Shown here: in pieces, positions 1-8,635 of the stretch
Layout of the letters: the number at the start of each line of letters is the position of its first letter
Numbering within the stretch: the first letter of the stretch is position 1
Origin: an uncultured virus (IMG/VR IMGVR_UViG_3300025018_002258)
Lineage: Duplodnaviria; Heunggongvirae; Uroviricota; Caudoviricetes
Strand: one strand, 5' to 3'
DNA: 20,000 bases
IMG/VR virus record: IMGVR_UViG_3300025018_002258
Notes under the pieces: generated by a model
Databases searched by the model: none
What the model was told of the DNA's origin: nothing
Seen by the model: only the letters and a program-made list of their open reading frames with translations
Position numbers and translations under genes: made by a program

Positions 1-1
1 T

Positions 2-970
2 GAAACGGCGCGGTCGTTGTACACTTACTTCAATGACCCTGAGAATCGTACTGTCATCAACAACATGTTGGCGTCAGGAGTTAAGGTTCAAAGCGTGAAT
101 CGCAAAGGCACGGCTTTGAAGGGTTTGACCTTCGTTTTTACAGGTACTTTGGACAAGATGGACCGCAAGGCTGCTCAGGATTTGGTTGTTCAGTATGGTG
201 GTAAGTCCTCTGGTAGTGTCTCGGCCAAGGTTGATTATGTGGTCGCTGGTCCTGGCGCTGGCAGCAAACTGAAAAAAGCTCAGGGCTTGGGAGTCAAGGT
301 TATCACGGAAGATGATTTCATTGATATGCTCGGAGAAGATGAAGAAATCGAAGAGGCTGACGAATACACCGCTTTTGGAGAGGTTTTGCCTTGCTCGGTG
401 CCTGATAACGTGAAGTTCATCGAAGGCGACCTGTTGGGAAGCGATGCTCAGTTCATTGCGCATCAATGCAATTGCGTCAGCAGCACGGCCGCTCATTTGG
501 CCCGCGCTATTTTCGAGAGCTTCCCTTATTCTGACATTTACTCACCTCGGGCTGCTGTTGATAAGGAAGACCGGCCTATCGCGGGCGAAGAACCGGGTCG
601 TATTGTCATCAAAGGCAATGGAGACGATGAACGGTACGTGATCAATATCATGGGACAACTTTTCCCAGGTATGAAGCATCCCGACGGCAGCAAGGATGGT
701 AATAAGGCCCGTGAGGGTTTTTTCAAGGAAGCTCTCAGTCGTATCGTGCAAATCCCCAATCTGAAAAGTATCGCTTTTCCTTGGTGCATTGGTTGTGGTG
801 CTGCCGGTGGTGATTGGGACAAGTATTTAGAGATGTTGATGGACTTTGCAACAGAGGTCGAAGACACTGAAGTCATCATCATCAAATTGAAGCCGAAACA
901 AGCTGGGCTCACAGCCCTTGCGTTGGCAGCAGGCCAACGAAAGCCTGCCACAAATGCAGAATTGGAGTGA
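2..970 (+). CDS. ligA: 3' part of NAD-dependent DNA ligase (last HhH segment + BRCT) fused to a C-terminal macrodomain; 5'-truncated by the window edge
   Basis: Frame is open from position 2 (ETARSLYTYFNDPENR). LigA BRCT signature LKGLTFVFTGTLDKMDR...GGKSSGSVSAKVDYVVAGPGAGSKLKKAQGLGVKVITEDDF, then an acidic linker, then macrodomain motifs IEGDLL...IAHQCNC...SIAFPWCIGCGAAGGDW. Confidence 0.88.
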   Translation, partial: ETARSLYTYFNDPENRTVINNMLASGVKVQSVNRKGTALKGLTFVFTGTLDKMDRKAAQDLVVQYGGKSSGSVSAKVDYVVAGPGAGSKLKKAQGLGVKVITEDDFIDMLGEDEEIEEADEYTAFGEVLPCSVPDNVKFIEGDLLGSDAQFIAHQCNCVSSTAAHLARAIFESFPYSDIYSPRAAVDKEDRPIAGEEPGRIVIKGNGDDERYVINIMGQLFPGMKHPDGSKDGNKAREGFFKEALSRIVQIPNLKSIAFPWCIGCGAAGGDWDKYLEMLMDFATEVEDTEVIIIKLKPKQAGLTALALAAGQRKPATNAELE

Positions 971-1106
971 GAATCCTCAAGGTAAATCTATCCCTACAAC
1001 TGGTCTGGGGTAGTTGCAGCGAAAGCGAAGAGCAGGAGTGAAAGGACTCCATGAGAATTAGTAAACACCAAAGATAAGTTTTACTAAGCTCTCTAAACCA
1101 GGACTG

Positions 1107-2693
1107 ATGCAACACGATAGGGCTGGGGATTTTTACACACCTTTGCCATGGGTCGGCAAGGCTCATGAATACATCAAAAAGCACAATATGCTGACGGGTG
1201 ATATTCAGACATGGGATCCTTGCGCAGGGCAAGGCAACTTACTATTTCCACCGCAGTACACCCTCCCTCATATGATCCTGTCTACGATTCAGGATGATGA
1301 TATCAATGTACTCAAGGCTCTGAGTCTCCCAGAGGATACCCAAATCTTTCAGTGCGATTTCCTGAACACCCTTGACTACCCTCCAGAGATTAAACATCGA
1401 TTGTTACATCATAAAAACTGGCTGTTCATAATGAACCCGCCATTCATTGTCGGCAATGATCTAGGAGCATCTTTCGGTTCTGGTAGCGTCAAGACTGGAG
1501 TTTCTGATAATCTCATCAAGGACGAGATGAAAGAACTGAAGCTTCATCAGGCTTGCCAGAATACATCGACTCAGTTCATGTTCCGTATCCTGCAAATAGT
1601 TAAGGAATACGACCTGAATGCGATTGTCGGGACTTTCAGCAATGCTTCATTCCTGACAGGGATGAACTACGCCAATTTCAGAGAAGTTTGGGAAGAGGTT
1701 TTCGGTTTCCAGGGAGGATTTTGTTTCCCATCAACAGAGTTCGACGGGTTGAAAAAGAAGTGGCCGGTAGTCTTTACAGTTTGGAAGACGGGGGCACCGC
1801 CTGGGCCTGTCAGGGTTGATGTTTATGAGGGCATCAACAACATGACTGGTAAAAAAGCCTTCGTCCCAGCGGAACAACCGCTTTCCAAATGGGTTGATCG
1901 GCCGAGCAAGACAATCATTAGACCTCCAGTGAGTTCTGCGCTGACGATTCACGCGGCCAAGGGCCGCTCAGACAAAATGGCAAAGGATGCTATTGGGCAT
2001 CTGGCCTGGAACGCAAATAATGTGCGAGACGCCCATCTCGCAGCCATCTTATCGGGTCCTTCTCATTCAGGACATGGATGGAGCATCACCAAATACAACT
2101 TTTCTCAGTCAATGGTCGCATTCGCCGCCGCGAAGCTTGTCAAAGAAGACTGGCTCAACAACAGAGATGAATTCAATGTCCCAGACAACTATCATGATGA
2201 TTACGAAGAGTTTTATTACGATTCTGTCATCTATGCTCTGTTCCATTCTTCAAATCAGACAGTAAGCCTTGGAGATGTTGCATACAATGGCAAGGTTTAT
2301 GATATTCGGAACGAGTTTTTCTGGATTCCAGGAGACCATTTCGCAACATTTGATATACCAGATGATGTCAGGTCCGATATGTGGATTCCGAGGGACACTT
2401 TTGTTTCGAAGTGGGTCCATTGCAACTATAACGCGCTTTCGCAGGAGGCGCAGCGAGTCGTATCGGCCGCAACTGAAATTGTTAAGGTCTCAGCGCCATA
2501 TCGACTTGACAAGAATGTCGATATGAAGTATCAATTGGATCGTTGGGATGCTGGCTGGTATCAGATCCACCAGGGGCTTACGAAAGTCAAAAGCGCAGAA
2601 TTCGTCGAAGAATTGAACGAATTCTACCGGAACTACAGGCTGTTGGAAACCAATATGGAACGGATTCACAAAAGGTTGGGGATTTTGCCCTGA
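1107..2693 (+). CDS. Amino (probably N6-adenine) DNA methyltransferase with long C-terminal target-recognition region; no adjacent restriction nuclease
   Basis: GDFYTP, SAM-binding WDPCAGQGNLL and catalytic NPPF motifs; 528 aa. Confidence 0.8.
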   Translation: MQHDRAGDFYTPLPWVGKAHEYIKKHNMLTGDIQTWDPCAGQGNLLFPPQYTLPHMILSTIQDDDINVLKALSLPEDTQIFQCDFLNTLDYPPEIKHRLLHHKNWLFIMNPPFIVGNDLGASFGSGSVKTGVSDNLIKDEMKELKLHQACQNTSTQFMFRILQIVKEYDLNAIVGTFSNASFLTGMNYANFREVWEEVFGFQGGFCFPSTEFDGLKKKWPVVFTVWKTGAPPGPVRVDVYEGINNMTGKKAFVPAEQPLSKWVDRPSKTIIRPPVSSALTIHAAKGRSDKMAKDAIGHLAWNANNVRDAHLAAILSGPSHSGHGWSITKYNFSQSMVAFAAAKLVKEDWLNNRDEFNVPDNYHDDYEEFYYDSVIYALFHSSNQTVSLGDVAYNGKVYDIRNEFFWIPGDHFATFDIPDDVRSDMWIPRDTFVSKWVHCNYNALSQEAQRVVSAATEIVKVSAPYRLDKNVDMKYQLDRWDAGWYQIHQGLTKVKSAEFVEELNEFYRNYRLLETNMERIHKRLGILP

Positions 2694-2710
2694 CGGAAAG
2701 ACAGGTAGGA

Positions 2711-3016
2711 ATGAAAGACGAAAGCAAGGTTCTTATGAATTGTCTTGTGATCACAACGCTATCTTTGGTATCCATGACATACAAGTATGTAGCTTTAATC
2801 ACAATGAGTCCCCCGCATAATGACGCTGTGGCTGGTGATAATACAGAGGAACATTCAAAGATCCTACCATATTATCCAGAAATCGGTATGTCTCCAGAGC
2901 AAGTTGATAAGGTTTGGACTTTTGAGTGTTTAGAAGAAGCTTGCCATGTGGGAACTAATGACAATGATGTGAAATTGGTTACATACAGAGAGGGGGCAGA
3001 TCGTTTTTTTGGATGA
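2711..3016 (+). CDS. Hypothetical protein with hydrophobic N-terminus
   Basis: ATG 2711 after a purine-rich AGGTAGGA, in the 2543..3016 frame; fills the gap after the MTase. Confidence 0.55.
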   Translation: MKDESKVLMNCLVITTLSLVSMTYKYVALITMSPPHNDAVAGDNTEEHSKILPYYPEIGMSPEQVDKVWTFECLEEACHVGTNDNDVKLVTYREGADRFFG

Positions 3017-3206
3017 TATGGTTTTTGATGTTAGGCGGGGCTATAATTGGAAGAGTCTGGGCAATTTCGAAGGGGAATATACCTTACCCGAACCATGGAA
3101 GCCAAAAGAAATTCCAGATCCAGCTAAGAAGCTTGACGCGGAGCGGCTATTGGAGTATAATGGCTCCAGTGAGGAAGATGATGGGAATCAAAATCTGGCT
3201 CGATGA
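3009..3206 (+). CDS. Small hypothetical protein
   Basis: 65-aa ORF overlapping the upstream stop; exact start uncertain (TTG 3009 or ATG 3018). Confidence 0.45.
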   Translation: MDDMVFDVRRGYNWKSLGNFEGEYTLPEPWKPKEIPDPAKKLDAERLLEYNGSSEEDDGNQNLAR

Positions 3207-3235
3207 CGCTCGGGAGGCCCCCGAGGGTTGTGAAC
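3181..3235 (+). pseudogene. 5' fragment of a cyclic-phosphate-processing receiver-like gene, interrupted by the TnpB element
   Basis: GAGGA RBS at 3171-3175, then MGIKIWLDDAREAPEG, matching the family's N-terminal K(I/L)(W/F)LDDxRxxPxG motif; the frame runs into the element. Confidence 0.7.
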
Positions 3236-3346
3236 AGTTGCCATAAATTTTATAGAAATCTCATGATTCTTATGCAAATCAAGATTCTGAAAAATAGATT
3301 CCTACAGAATAAAGGAATCTTGGACTAAACCCGAGAACTAACAGCC

Positions 3347-4492
3347 ATGATCAAGGTCGAAAGACATTTCTGTAAAGGCAATCCCGAAATCATCAGGCTT
3401 TGCCATCTCTCTAAAGAACTCTACAATAAATGTAACTTCTTCATGAGAGACAACTTTTCCAAAGGAATTAGAACCCCCGATATTTCTACCTTGATCAACC
3501 TTGTCAAAGATGAGGATTGTTTCAAGAACCTGCACAATACTAAGACAGCAAAACAAACAATCAGACAATGCTTGTCGGACTGGACCAACTTCTTCAGATC
3601 TATGACTGCTTACAAAAAGAGTCCAGAAAAATTTATCAGATTCCCCAAACCACCGAAATACAAGAAAGAAATGGCACAAGTCATTTTTTACAACGAAACA
3701 ATCAGGAGAAAACCACTCAAGCAAGGAATCATTCAACCAACCAATGACTGTTTCCAGATCAAATCAGATAAACCGTTTAAACAAGTAATTATAACTCCCA
3801 AGTCCTTTGGATTTGTGATAGAAGTAAGATATGAAATCCCAGATGAACCAACCAAACCAAGAGCTAAAGGCACTTGTTCAATCGATCTTGGTGTAAACAA
3901 CTTAGCAGCGATAACTTCAGATCAGCATGATCCAATACTGATCAATGGTCGAATCGTTAAGAGTTTCAACCAATGGTTTAACAAAAATCCTAATAAGTTC
4001 AACTCAATGAAAAGATACTGGAGACTAGAGAACTACTTCCACCATGTTTCCAAGATGATTGTTGAAAACTGCAAAGCCAACAATGTTGGTACAATTATAA
4101 TTGGAAAGAATGATGGTTGGAAGAACGAAATGAACATGGGAAAGAAGAATAATCAGACATTCCAGTATATACCATTTTGCAGATTGATTCAGAAGATTCA
4201 GTATAAGGCAGAGATGGTCGGGATCAAGGTTATTTTCACAGAGGAAAGTTATACGAGCAAGGCGTCCTTCATTGATGGAGACCCATTAGATGGGTCAAAG
4301 ATTAGTGGAAAGAGGATTAATCGAGGTTTGTATAAGAGTAAAGAAGGGAAATTGATCAATGCAGATGTCAATGGATCGTTGAATATTTGCAAAAAAGTAA
4401 TCCCAAAGATTGAAGAAGATCGATGGGGCAGGAGCGTTGCCGCAACGCCCGTGGCAGTGAACCCGCTAAGCTGGTTCACTGCCCAAACATAA
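3347..4492 (+). CDS. tnpB: RNA-guided endonuclease TnpB
   Basis: N-terminal LCHLSKELYN; RuvC-I SIDLGVNN, RuvC-II region EESYTSKAS, RuvC-III INADVNGSLNI; lacks the CxxC zinc finger. Confidence 0.93.
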   Translation: MIKVERHFCKGNPEIIRLCHLSKELYNKCNFFMRDNFSKGIRTPDISTLINLVKDEDCFKNLHNTKTAKQTIRQCLSDWTNFFRSMTAYKKSPEKFIRFPKPPKYKKEMAQVIFYNETIRRKPLKQGIIQPTNDCFQIKSDKPFKQVIITPKSFGFVIEVRYEIPDEPTKPRAKGTCSIDLGVNNLAAITSDQHDPILINGRIVKSFNQWFNKNPNKFNSMKRYWRLENYFHHVSKMIVENCKANNVGTIIIGKNDGWKNEMNMGKKNNQTFQYIPFCRLIQKIQYKAEMVGIKVIFTEESYTSKASFIDGDPLDGSKISGKRINRGLYKSKEGKLINADVNGSLNICKKVIPKIEEDRWGRSVAATPVAVNPLSWFTAQT

Positions 4493-4525
4493 GGAATCTT
4501 CAGATTTATGTAGATTTTTATGAAC
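4420..4525 (+). ncRNA. Putative TnpB omegaRNA (reRNA) scaffold overlapping the tnpB 3' end; 5' boundary approximate
   Basis: Hairpins GCGTTG-ccg-CAACGC (4434-4448) and an 11-bp GGCAGTGAACC/GGTTCACTGCC (4453-4483) just inside the right end, where omegaRNAs are known to lie. Confidence 0.55.
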
Positions 4526-4725
4526 GGTATGATGTCCTATTGGCTTTGGAGCAGGCTGTTGTTGAAAACAAACTGACAAAGATCCCAGAAGTAAGGATCC
4601 ACACAACAAATGGTGCAGCCAGAAAAAGAATGGAACAAGCTCTCGAAAGTATACAATTAAAAGTCGAAGAATATAGAATAGAAGAGGAAAATCAAGAGAA
4701 TAATGGCAAGGAAAGATCTGACTGA
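4526..4725 (+). pseudogene. 3' fragment of the interrupted receiver-like gene
   Basis: YDVLLALEQAV...PEVRIHTTNGAARKRMEQAL resembles the family's C-terminal GYDVxxW...H(S/T)xNxxxRxxM motif; no start of its own. Confidence 0.7.
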
Positions 4726-5272
4726 AATCGTTGTTCTGGACCTAGAGGCAACTTGTTGGGGAACAAGAGAGGAACAAGGATCGCAACCACAAGAAATCAT
4801 CGAAGTCGGCATTTCCCGACTGCCCTTGGTAAGCCTGGAGCCAATTCGAGAAGCAGAAATCATCGTCAAACCAAGATGGAGCAAGGTGAGTGATTTCTGC
4901 GCTGGCTTGACAACTTTGACGCAAGAAGATGTTGACAAGGGAATAGATGTCTCCGAGGCACTAGACATACTTTGGAAAAGGTATGGGGCCGGATCCAAAA
5001 TGGTAGCTTGTTGGGGCACATGGGATTTCGATCATATCCATAGGGAGACCAATAGCAAGGAGTTGCAGAATCCAATCGGAAGTTTGCGAATGGATGTTAA
5101 ATCGTTTTACTCGATGGTCAGAGGGATGACCAAAGGTGTAGGGATGATGACTGCTCTTGACCAACTAGGGATAGAGCATGAAGGTACTCACCACAGAGGC
5201 GATGATGACGCACTTAATATCGCAAGAGTCTTGGCAAAGCTGCTGAAGGGCTCAAGGGAGTCCTTGCATTAA
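4703..5272 (+). CDS. DEDDh 3'-5' exonuclease (ERI1/KapD-like)
   Basis: VVLDLEATCW, QEIIEVG, WGTWD, HHRGDDDALN motifs; GAGG RBS. Confidence 0.9.
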   Translation: MARKDLTEIVVLDLEATCWGTREEQGSQPQEIIEVGISRLPLVSLEPIREAEIIVKPRWSKVSDFCAGLTTLTQEDVDKGIDVSEALDILWKRYGAGSKMVACWGTWDFDHIHRETNSKELQNPIGSLRMDVKSFYSMVRGMTKGVGMMTALDQLGIEHEGTHHRGDDDALNIARVLAKLLKGSRESLH

Positions 5273-5281
5273 AGAACAGAG

Positions 5282-5932
5282 ATGTGGACTAGAATCGGGA
5301 ACCAAAAGGACTGGTACGATTACAGGGTCGCTAACACTCCCCCTTGGGAAGTGAAGTTTGAAGGCGACCCCATTGAGTTTCCATGTCTCGTTTCGACCGA
5401 AACGCCATCTGCCGATTTGTATCGGCATTTCTTCATCTACGAGAAGGACCTGGAAGAAATGTTCTCCGTCATCAGGGGACAAAATCCAGTCGATCTTGAG
5501 GTCATCCTTGCCCCGGCTTTGACCGTTGAGGATGTCGATCACAACAATTTAGATCTGTTAGTTGATCCTGAAGAGCGTCGATTCATGGACAACCTGATTG
5601 AACTCTTCAATCGCCTCAAGGGCGAAAGGTTCCCCCACGCTCTTGAAGTCTCCGAAAAGAGTGGATTGGTTCTGGAGCGGGGCCTGGAGATTATGGTCCG
5701 GCTCATGCGGAGAGGATATGTTGGACTTGGCGTTTCCCCCCTGATCACCAGCCCAGCAGAGCAAAAGTTGTTCTCGATGCTAATGCAATATAGCTATCAG
5801 CAGAAGGCTTCGGTTTTCTCAATCGGCACCATTCAGAAGGAACTTGGTGTCCCCAGAGAGTTTTTGGCCACCTTGTTGACCAGCATGGCAGAAAAGGGCA
5901 TGATTCTCTGCAAGAACAACAGCATTTTGTGA
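5282..5932 (+). CDS. Hypothetical protein, possibly with tandem winged-helix segments at the C-terminus
   Basis: 216-aa ORF with wHTH-like endings RLMRRGYV and LTSMAEKGMI. Confidence 0.65.
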   Translation: MWTRIGNQKDWYDYRVANTPPWEVKFEGDPIEFPCLVSTETPSADLYRHFFIYEKDLEEMFSVIRGQNPVDLEVILAPALTVEDVDHNNLDLLVDPEERRFMDNLIELFNRLKGERFPHALEVSEKSGLVLERGLEIMVRLMRRGYVGLGVSPLITSPAEQKLFSMLMQYSYQQKASVFSIGTIQKELGVPREFLATLLTSMAEKGMILCKNNSIL

Positions 5933-6183
5933 CGCAACAATCGCGCCATTCCCATCGACGGACGAATGGGCCGTCAATGGGCTGGAAGCTGTGGGCCAGA
6001 TGGGAACCCACATTAGCCAGAGCTTTCAGTCCTCCCTGTTCGCCGTAAAGAAAGGTAATCCTTGGGTTAGATAGATGTTTGTGTTTTCATCGATGATGAT
6101 GATTATAAGAAAATCCAAACAACTATCCTCCCCCTCCTCCCCGAAGAAGAATACAGCTACGACGGGGCCGAGCGCGGAATCGC

Positions 6184-6212
6184 TTGACATAGCGCTTCAG
6201 AAGTGTTATAAT
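6184..6212 (+). promoter_or_regulatory. Consensus sigma70 promoter
   Basis: TTGACA (6184-6189), 17 nt, TATAAT (6207-6212). Confidence 0.85.
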
Positions 6213-6294
6213 CGTCAGGCTGGAGCGCTATATGGGCTGTTTAGCATCCTTGGCGATCCTTATCTAATAGCAAAGATCGAAGAGGCTTTTATTG

Positions 6295-7026
6295 ATGAAT
6301 GGCAAGGATGAATTCCTGCTAGATGGTTGCGACGAACAAAAGAAGAATAGCGTCCACGCAGTCATTTCAGCATATCGATCACTTTTGACTCCTATTTCGT
6401 ATGTCAGCATGCCGATAACGACTGGTAAGCTATATTACGAGGTCCTTGACAAAATGGGTTCTGTTTTGACTAAAGATCAGGTCTATGATCAGATCATTCG
6501 ACCGAACGGAGAGCGCGGATTGGACTTCGCGCAGTCCATTGAGGGGCTGCCGACGTTCCCTGTCGTGGCTCCAGCGATTTTTGAAGCCAAACAGATGCGA
6601 TGGACCGAAAGAGAATACATGTATCTCTGGTATCGCATTCTGGAAGAAAAAGCTCGCGAAATCTGGATGAGTCCGGGCTGGCAGTACAGCAACGGCTGCT
6701 CGGAAGAATTCACAAGAGCAATGAAGATTCAGTGGGATTTTGTGAGGTTGGATCCCACGACAGAAGATGAGCCATTGCCTATCCGGGCCTATGATGCTCT
6801 AGGCAATGAGCTGAACATCTACGATGGCACAAAGTTGGTGTTTGAAGCGATAGTAGATCTGAAAGATCGTGGGCACGATTGTCCAAAACTAATAGAGTGC
6901 TTACATGAATTGGTCAACTATGCTGGGGTTTATTATACCTACGGCAAAGACCAGGGGTGGGTCTGTCCGCATGAGGTTGACTACGAACAAATGGCCGCTT
7001 GGTCGGAACAAATTCGGTCTCTTTAG
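6295..7026 (+). CDS. DUF4406-like (nucleoside deoxyribosyltransferase-fold) protein
   Basis: YVSMPITTG...MSPGWQYSNGCSEE pattern; GAGG upstream; ends in TAG. Confidence 0.6.
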   Translation: MNGKDEFLLDGCDEQKKNSVHAVISAYRSLLTPISYVSMPITTGKLYYEVLDKMGSVLTKDQVYDQIIRPNGERGLDFAQSIEGLPTFPVVAPAIFEAKQMRWTEREYMYLWYRILEEKAREIWMSPGWQYSNGCSEEFTRAMKIQWDFVRLDPTTEDEPLPIRAYDALGNELNIYDGTKLVFEAIVDLKDRGHDCPKLIECLHELVNYAGVYYTYGKDQGWVCPHEVDYEQMAAWSEQIRSL

Positions 7027-7140
7027 GTCGGATAAGGGATTGAGATCCACGTTGTCACAATCAAACTTAACTGAAATCGGTAGACTATATGATGTCAGTG
7101 CAAATACCATAAAAAATGGGCAAAATATTACGGACGATAA

Positions 7141-8142
7141 ATGGATTACATAGGCTCGAAAATCAAGCTGAATGAATGGATTTTTGGAACCATCGAAAGC
7201 ATCGTTGATGAAAATGATGATCCGTTTCTGGATGCCTGTTGTGGCTCTGGCGCGGTAAGTCGCTATGCAGCAAATGAATGTTATGAGGTCATCGCCAATG
7301 ACATCATGAAGTTTGCCAGCGTCATTGCCAATGGAAGCATCGGAGTTTCAGACCCGATGCTTGTTGAAGCACGAGACCATATTCGGGCCATCGACGCCCT
7401 TGACCCCATTGAAGGGTTCTTTTTTCACAACTTCTGCGACGAATCAGACTCTCCCAGGCTCTATTTCACAGCAGCAAATGCTGGAAAGATAGACGCAGCC
7501 AGAGCTTATCTCGAATATATCCCTCCAGGAAAGCTGAAAGACTATTTGCTTTACTGCGGGATAGAAGCCCTGAGCCGCGTTTCCAACACGACAGGTGTAC
7601 AATCTGCTTTCCTGAAGAAGTTTAAAACCCGCGCTCTAAATGACTTCAGATTTAGGCTTGAAGATGTGATTCGGGGACATATATCAGGGGCTTTCAATGA
7701 AGATGTCTTGACACTTCTCACGGACCACGATCTCAAATATGACATTCTCTATCTAGATCCCCCATACAATCATCGTCAATATGGACCAAACTATCATCTT
7801 TATGAGACTTTTGTCAGGAATGACGATCCGGCAGTGAACGGATCAACAGGGCTAAGAAGTTGGCAGGAAGAATCAAAAAGTGATTTCTGTTCCAAGAAGG
7901 CTTGTTTGGAGTTTCTGAAGCAAGTGATTGGGGCCTCGACCGCCAAATGGAACTTTATTTCTTACAACTCAGACGGCATTATGACGAAAGAAGACGTGAT
8001 GGGAACCTTTGAGGGTTGTCAATGTTTCGAACAGCTCTATCGGCGCTATCGATCTGATGTTAGTGAGACAAGACAGTATAACGAAAGCGACTTGGTTGAA
8101 TACCTCTTCGCGATTCCAGGAAAAATTCCTGGAATCGCTTGA
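7141..8142 (+). CDS. D12-class DNA adenine methyltransferase (orphan)
   Basis: MDYIGSK, FLDACCGSGAVS, ANDI, YLDPPYN motifs. Confidence 0.92.
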   Translation: MDYIGSKIKLNEWIFGTIESIVDENDDPFLDACCGSGAVSRYAANECYEVIANDIMKFASVIANGSIGVSDPMLVEARDHIRAIDALDPIEGFFFHNFCDESDSPRLYFTAANAGKIDAARAYLEYIPPGKLKDYLLYCGIEALSRVSNTTGVQSAFLKKFKTRALNDFRFRLEDVIRGHISGAFNEDVLTLLTDHDLKYDILYLDPPYNHRQYGPNYHLYETFVRNDDPAVNGSTGLRSWQEESKSDFCSKKACLEFLKQVIGASTAKWNFISYNSDGIMTKEDVMGTFEGCQCFEQLYRRYRSDVSETRQYNESDLVEYLFAIPGKIPGIA

Positions 8143-8167
8143 CAGTTGGGGCGATTCGCGATATAAT
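8139..8167 (+). promoter_or_regulatory. Consensus sigma70 promoter of the Pth2-like operon, immediately preceded by a 13-bp inverted repeat (8110-8138)
   Basis: TTGACA 8139-8144, 17 nt, TATAAT 8162-8167. Confidence 0.85.
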
Positions 8168-8190
8168 TGGGGCTATAACGGAGGAAGAAC

Positions 8191-8541
8191 ATGTTGGACA
8201 GATTGTAGGACTCGAAACACTTCTTTGTTGTTGTTCGCACAGACATTCCCATAGAACAGCAACTCGTTCAAGCCATTCATGCCGCCCATGAATCCGGCAT
8301 TCACCTCTCCCCGTCGAGCGACAAGACGAATTCCGTCGTTGTCTGCGCCGTCAAATCGGAACAACAGCTTCTCAACGCTCAGGACAGAGTGGAAGCGAAT
8401 GGTATCCGAACCATTTTGTTCCGAGAACCAGATATCGGCAACGAGGCAACCGCCTTTGCAACCGAACCTATTCCAAGCGATCAACGGCACATGTTAAAAA
8501 ATCTCCAGCTTTGGAAGATGAAGGAGTTGTTGCCATGTTGA
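8191..8541 (+). CDS. Pth2-superfamily peptidyl-tRNA hydrolase-like protein with an in-frame TAG at codon 6 (readthrough required; 116 aa)
   Basis: GGAGGA 8180-8185, ATG 8191, TAG 8206-8208, then open: DSKHFFVVVRTDIPIEQQLVQAIHAAHESG...VVVCAVKSEQQLL...LFREPDIGNEATAFATEP...LQLW. Matches the Pth2 pattern (VVRxD...QxxHA...V...T(A/C)xx.P...L.L). No ATG/GTG/TTG between the TAG and the first motif. Confidence 0.8.
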
Positions 8542-8618
8542 ACGTTTTTCTTTAGGGTGGTCGTGCTCCTCCCCATTTGGCATTCTCGGATCCCCATTTG
8601 GGGCTGACATTTTGCTAA
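8535..8618 (+). CDS. Putative leader/arrest peptide MLNVFL*GGRAPPHLAFSDPHLGLTFC, with amber at codon 7 followed by a RAPP motif
   Basis: AAGGAG 8521-8526; ATG 8535 overlaps the Pth2-like gene end; TAG 8553-8555; CGT GCT CCT CCC (RAPP) 8562-8573; TAA 8616-8618. Confidence 0.6.
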
Positions 8619-8635
8619 ACAAGTAGGAGAAAAAG

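Larger units (their letters stand above)
3236..4525 (+). mobile_element. Non-autonomous TnpB-only insertion element (IS607-like / IS1341-type), about 1290 bp
   Basis: AT-rich block containing tnpB. TGAAC occurs at both junctions (3231-3235, 4521-4525). Imperfect subterminal inverted repeat 3242-3274 vs 4488-4522. The flanks encode two halves of one gene. No tnpA present. Confidence 0.8.

Noticed and set aside
3236..3346. Group I intron (IStron) allowing the element to be spliced out
   Set aside because: Only about 110 nt of AT-rich sequence precede tnpB, with no recognisable catalytic core.
5933..6290. Gene or ncRNA in the gap after 5932 (including ORF 6075..6311)
   Set aside because: Only short broken frames without clear SDs and no convincing fold; the 6075 ORF spans a consensus promoter. 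Possibly a decayed gene.
8279..8497. Track ORFs 8279..8497 (+) and 8173..8490 (-)
   Set aside because: Shadow frames of the Pth2-like gene, which has the SD, promoter and motifs.
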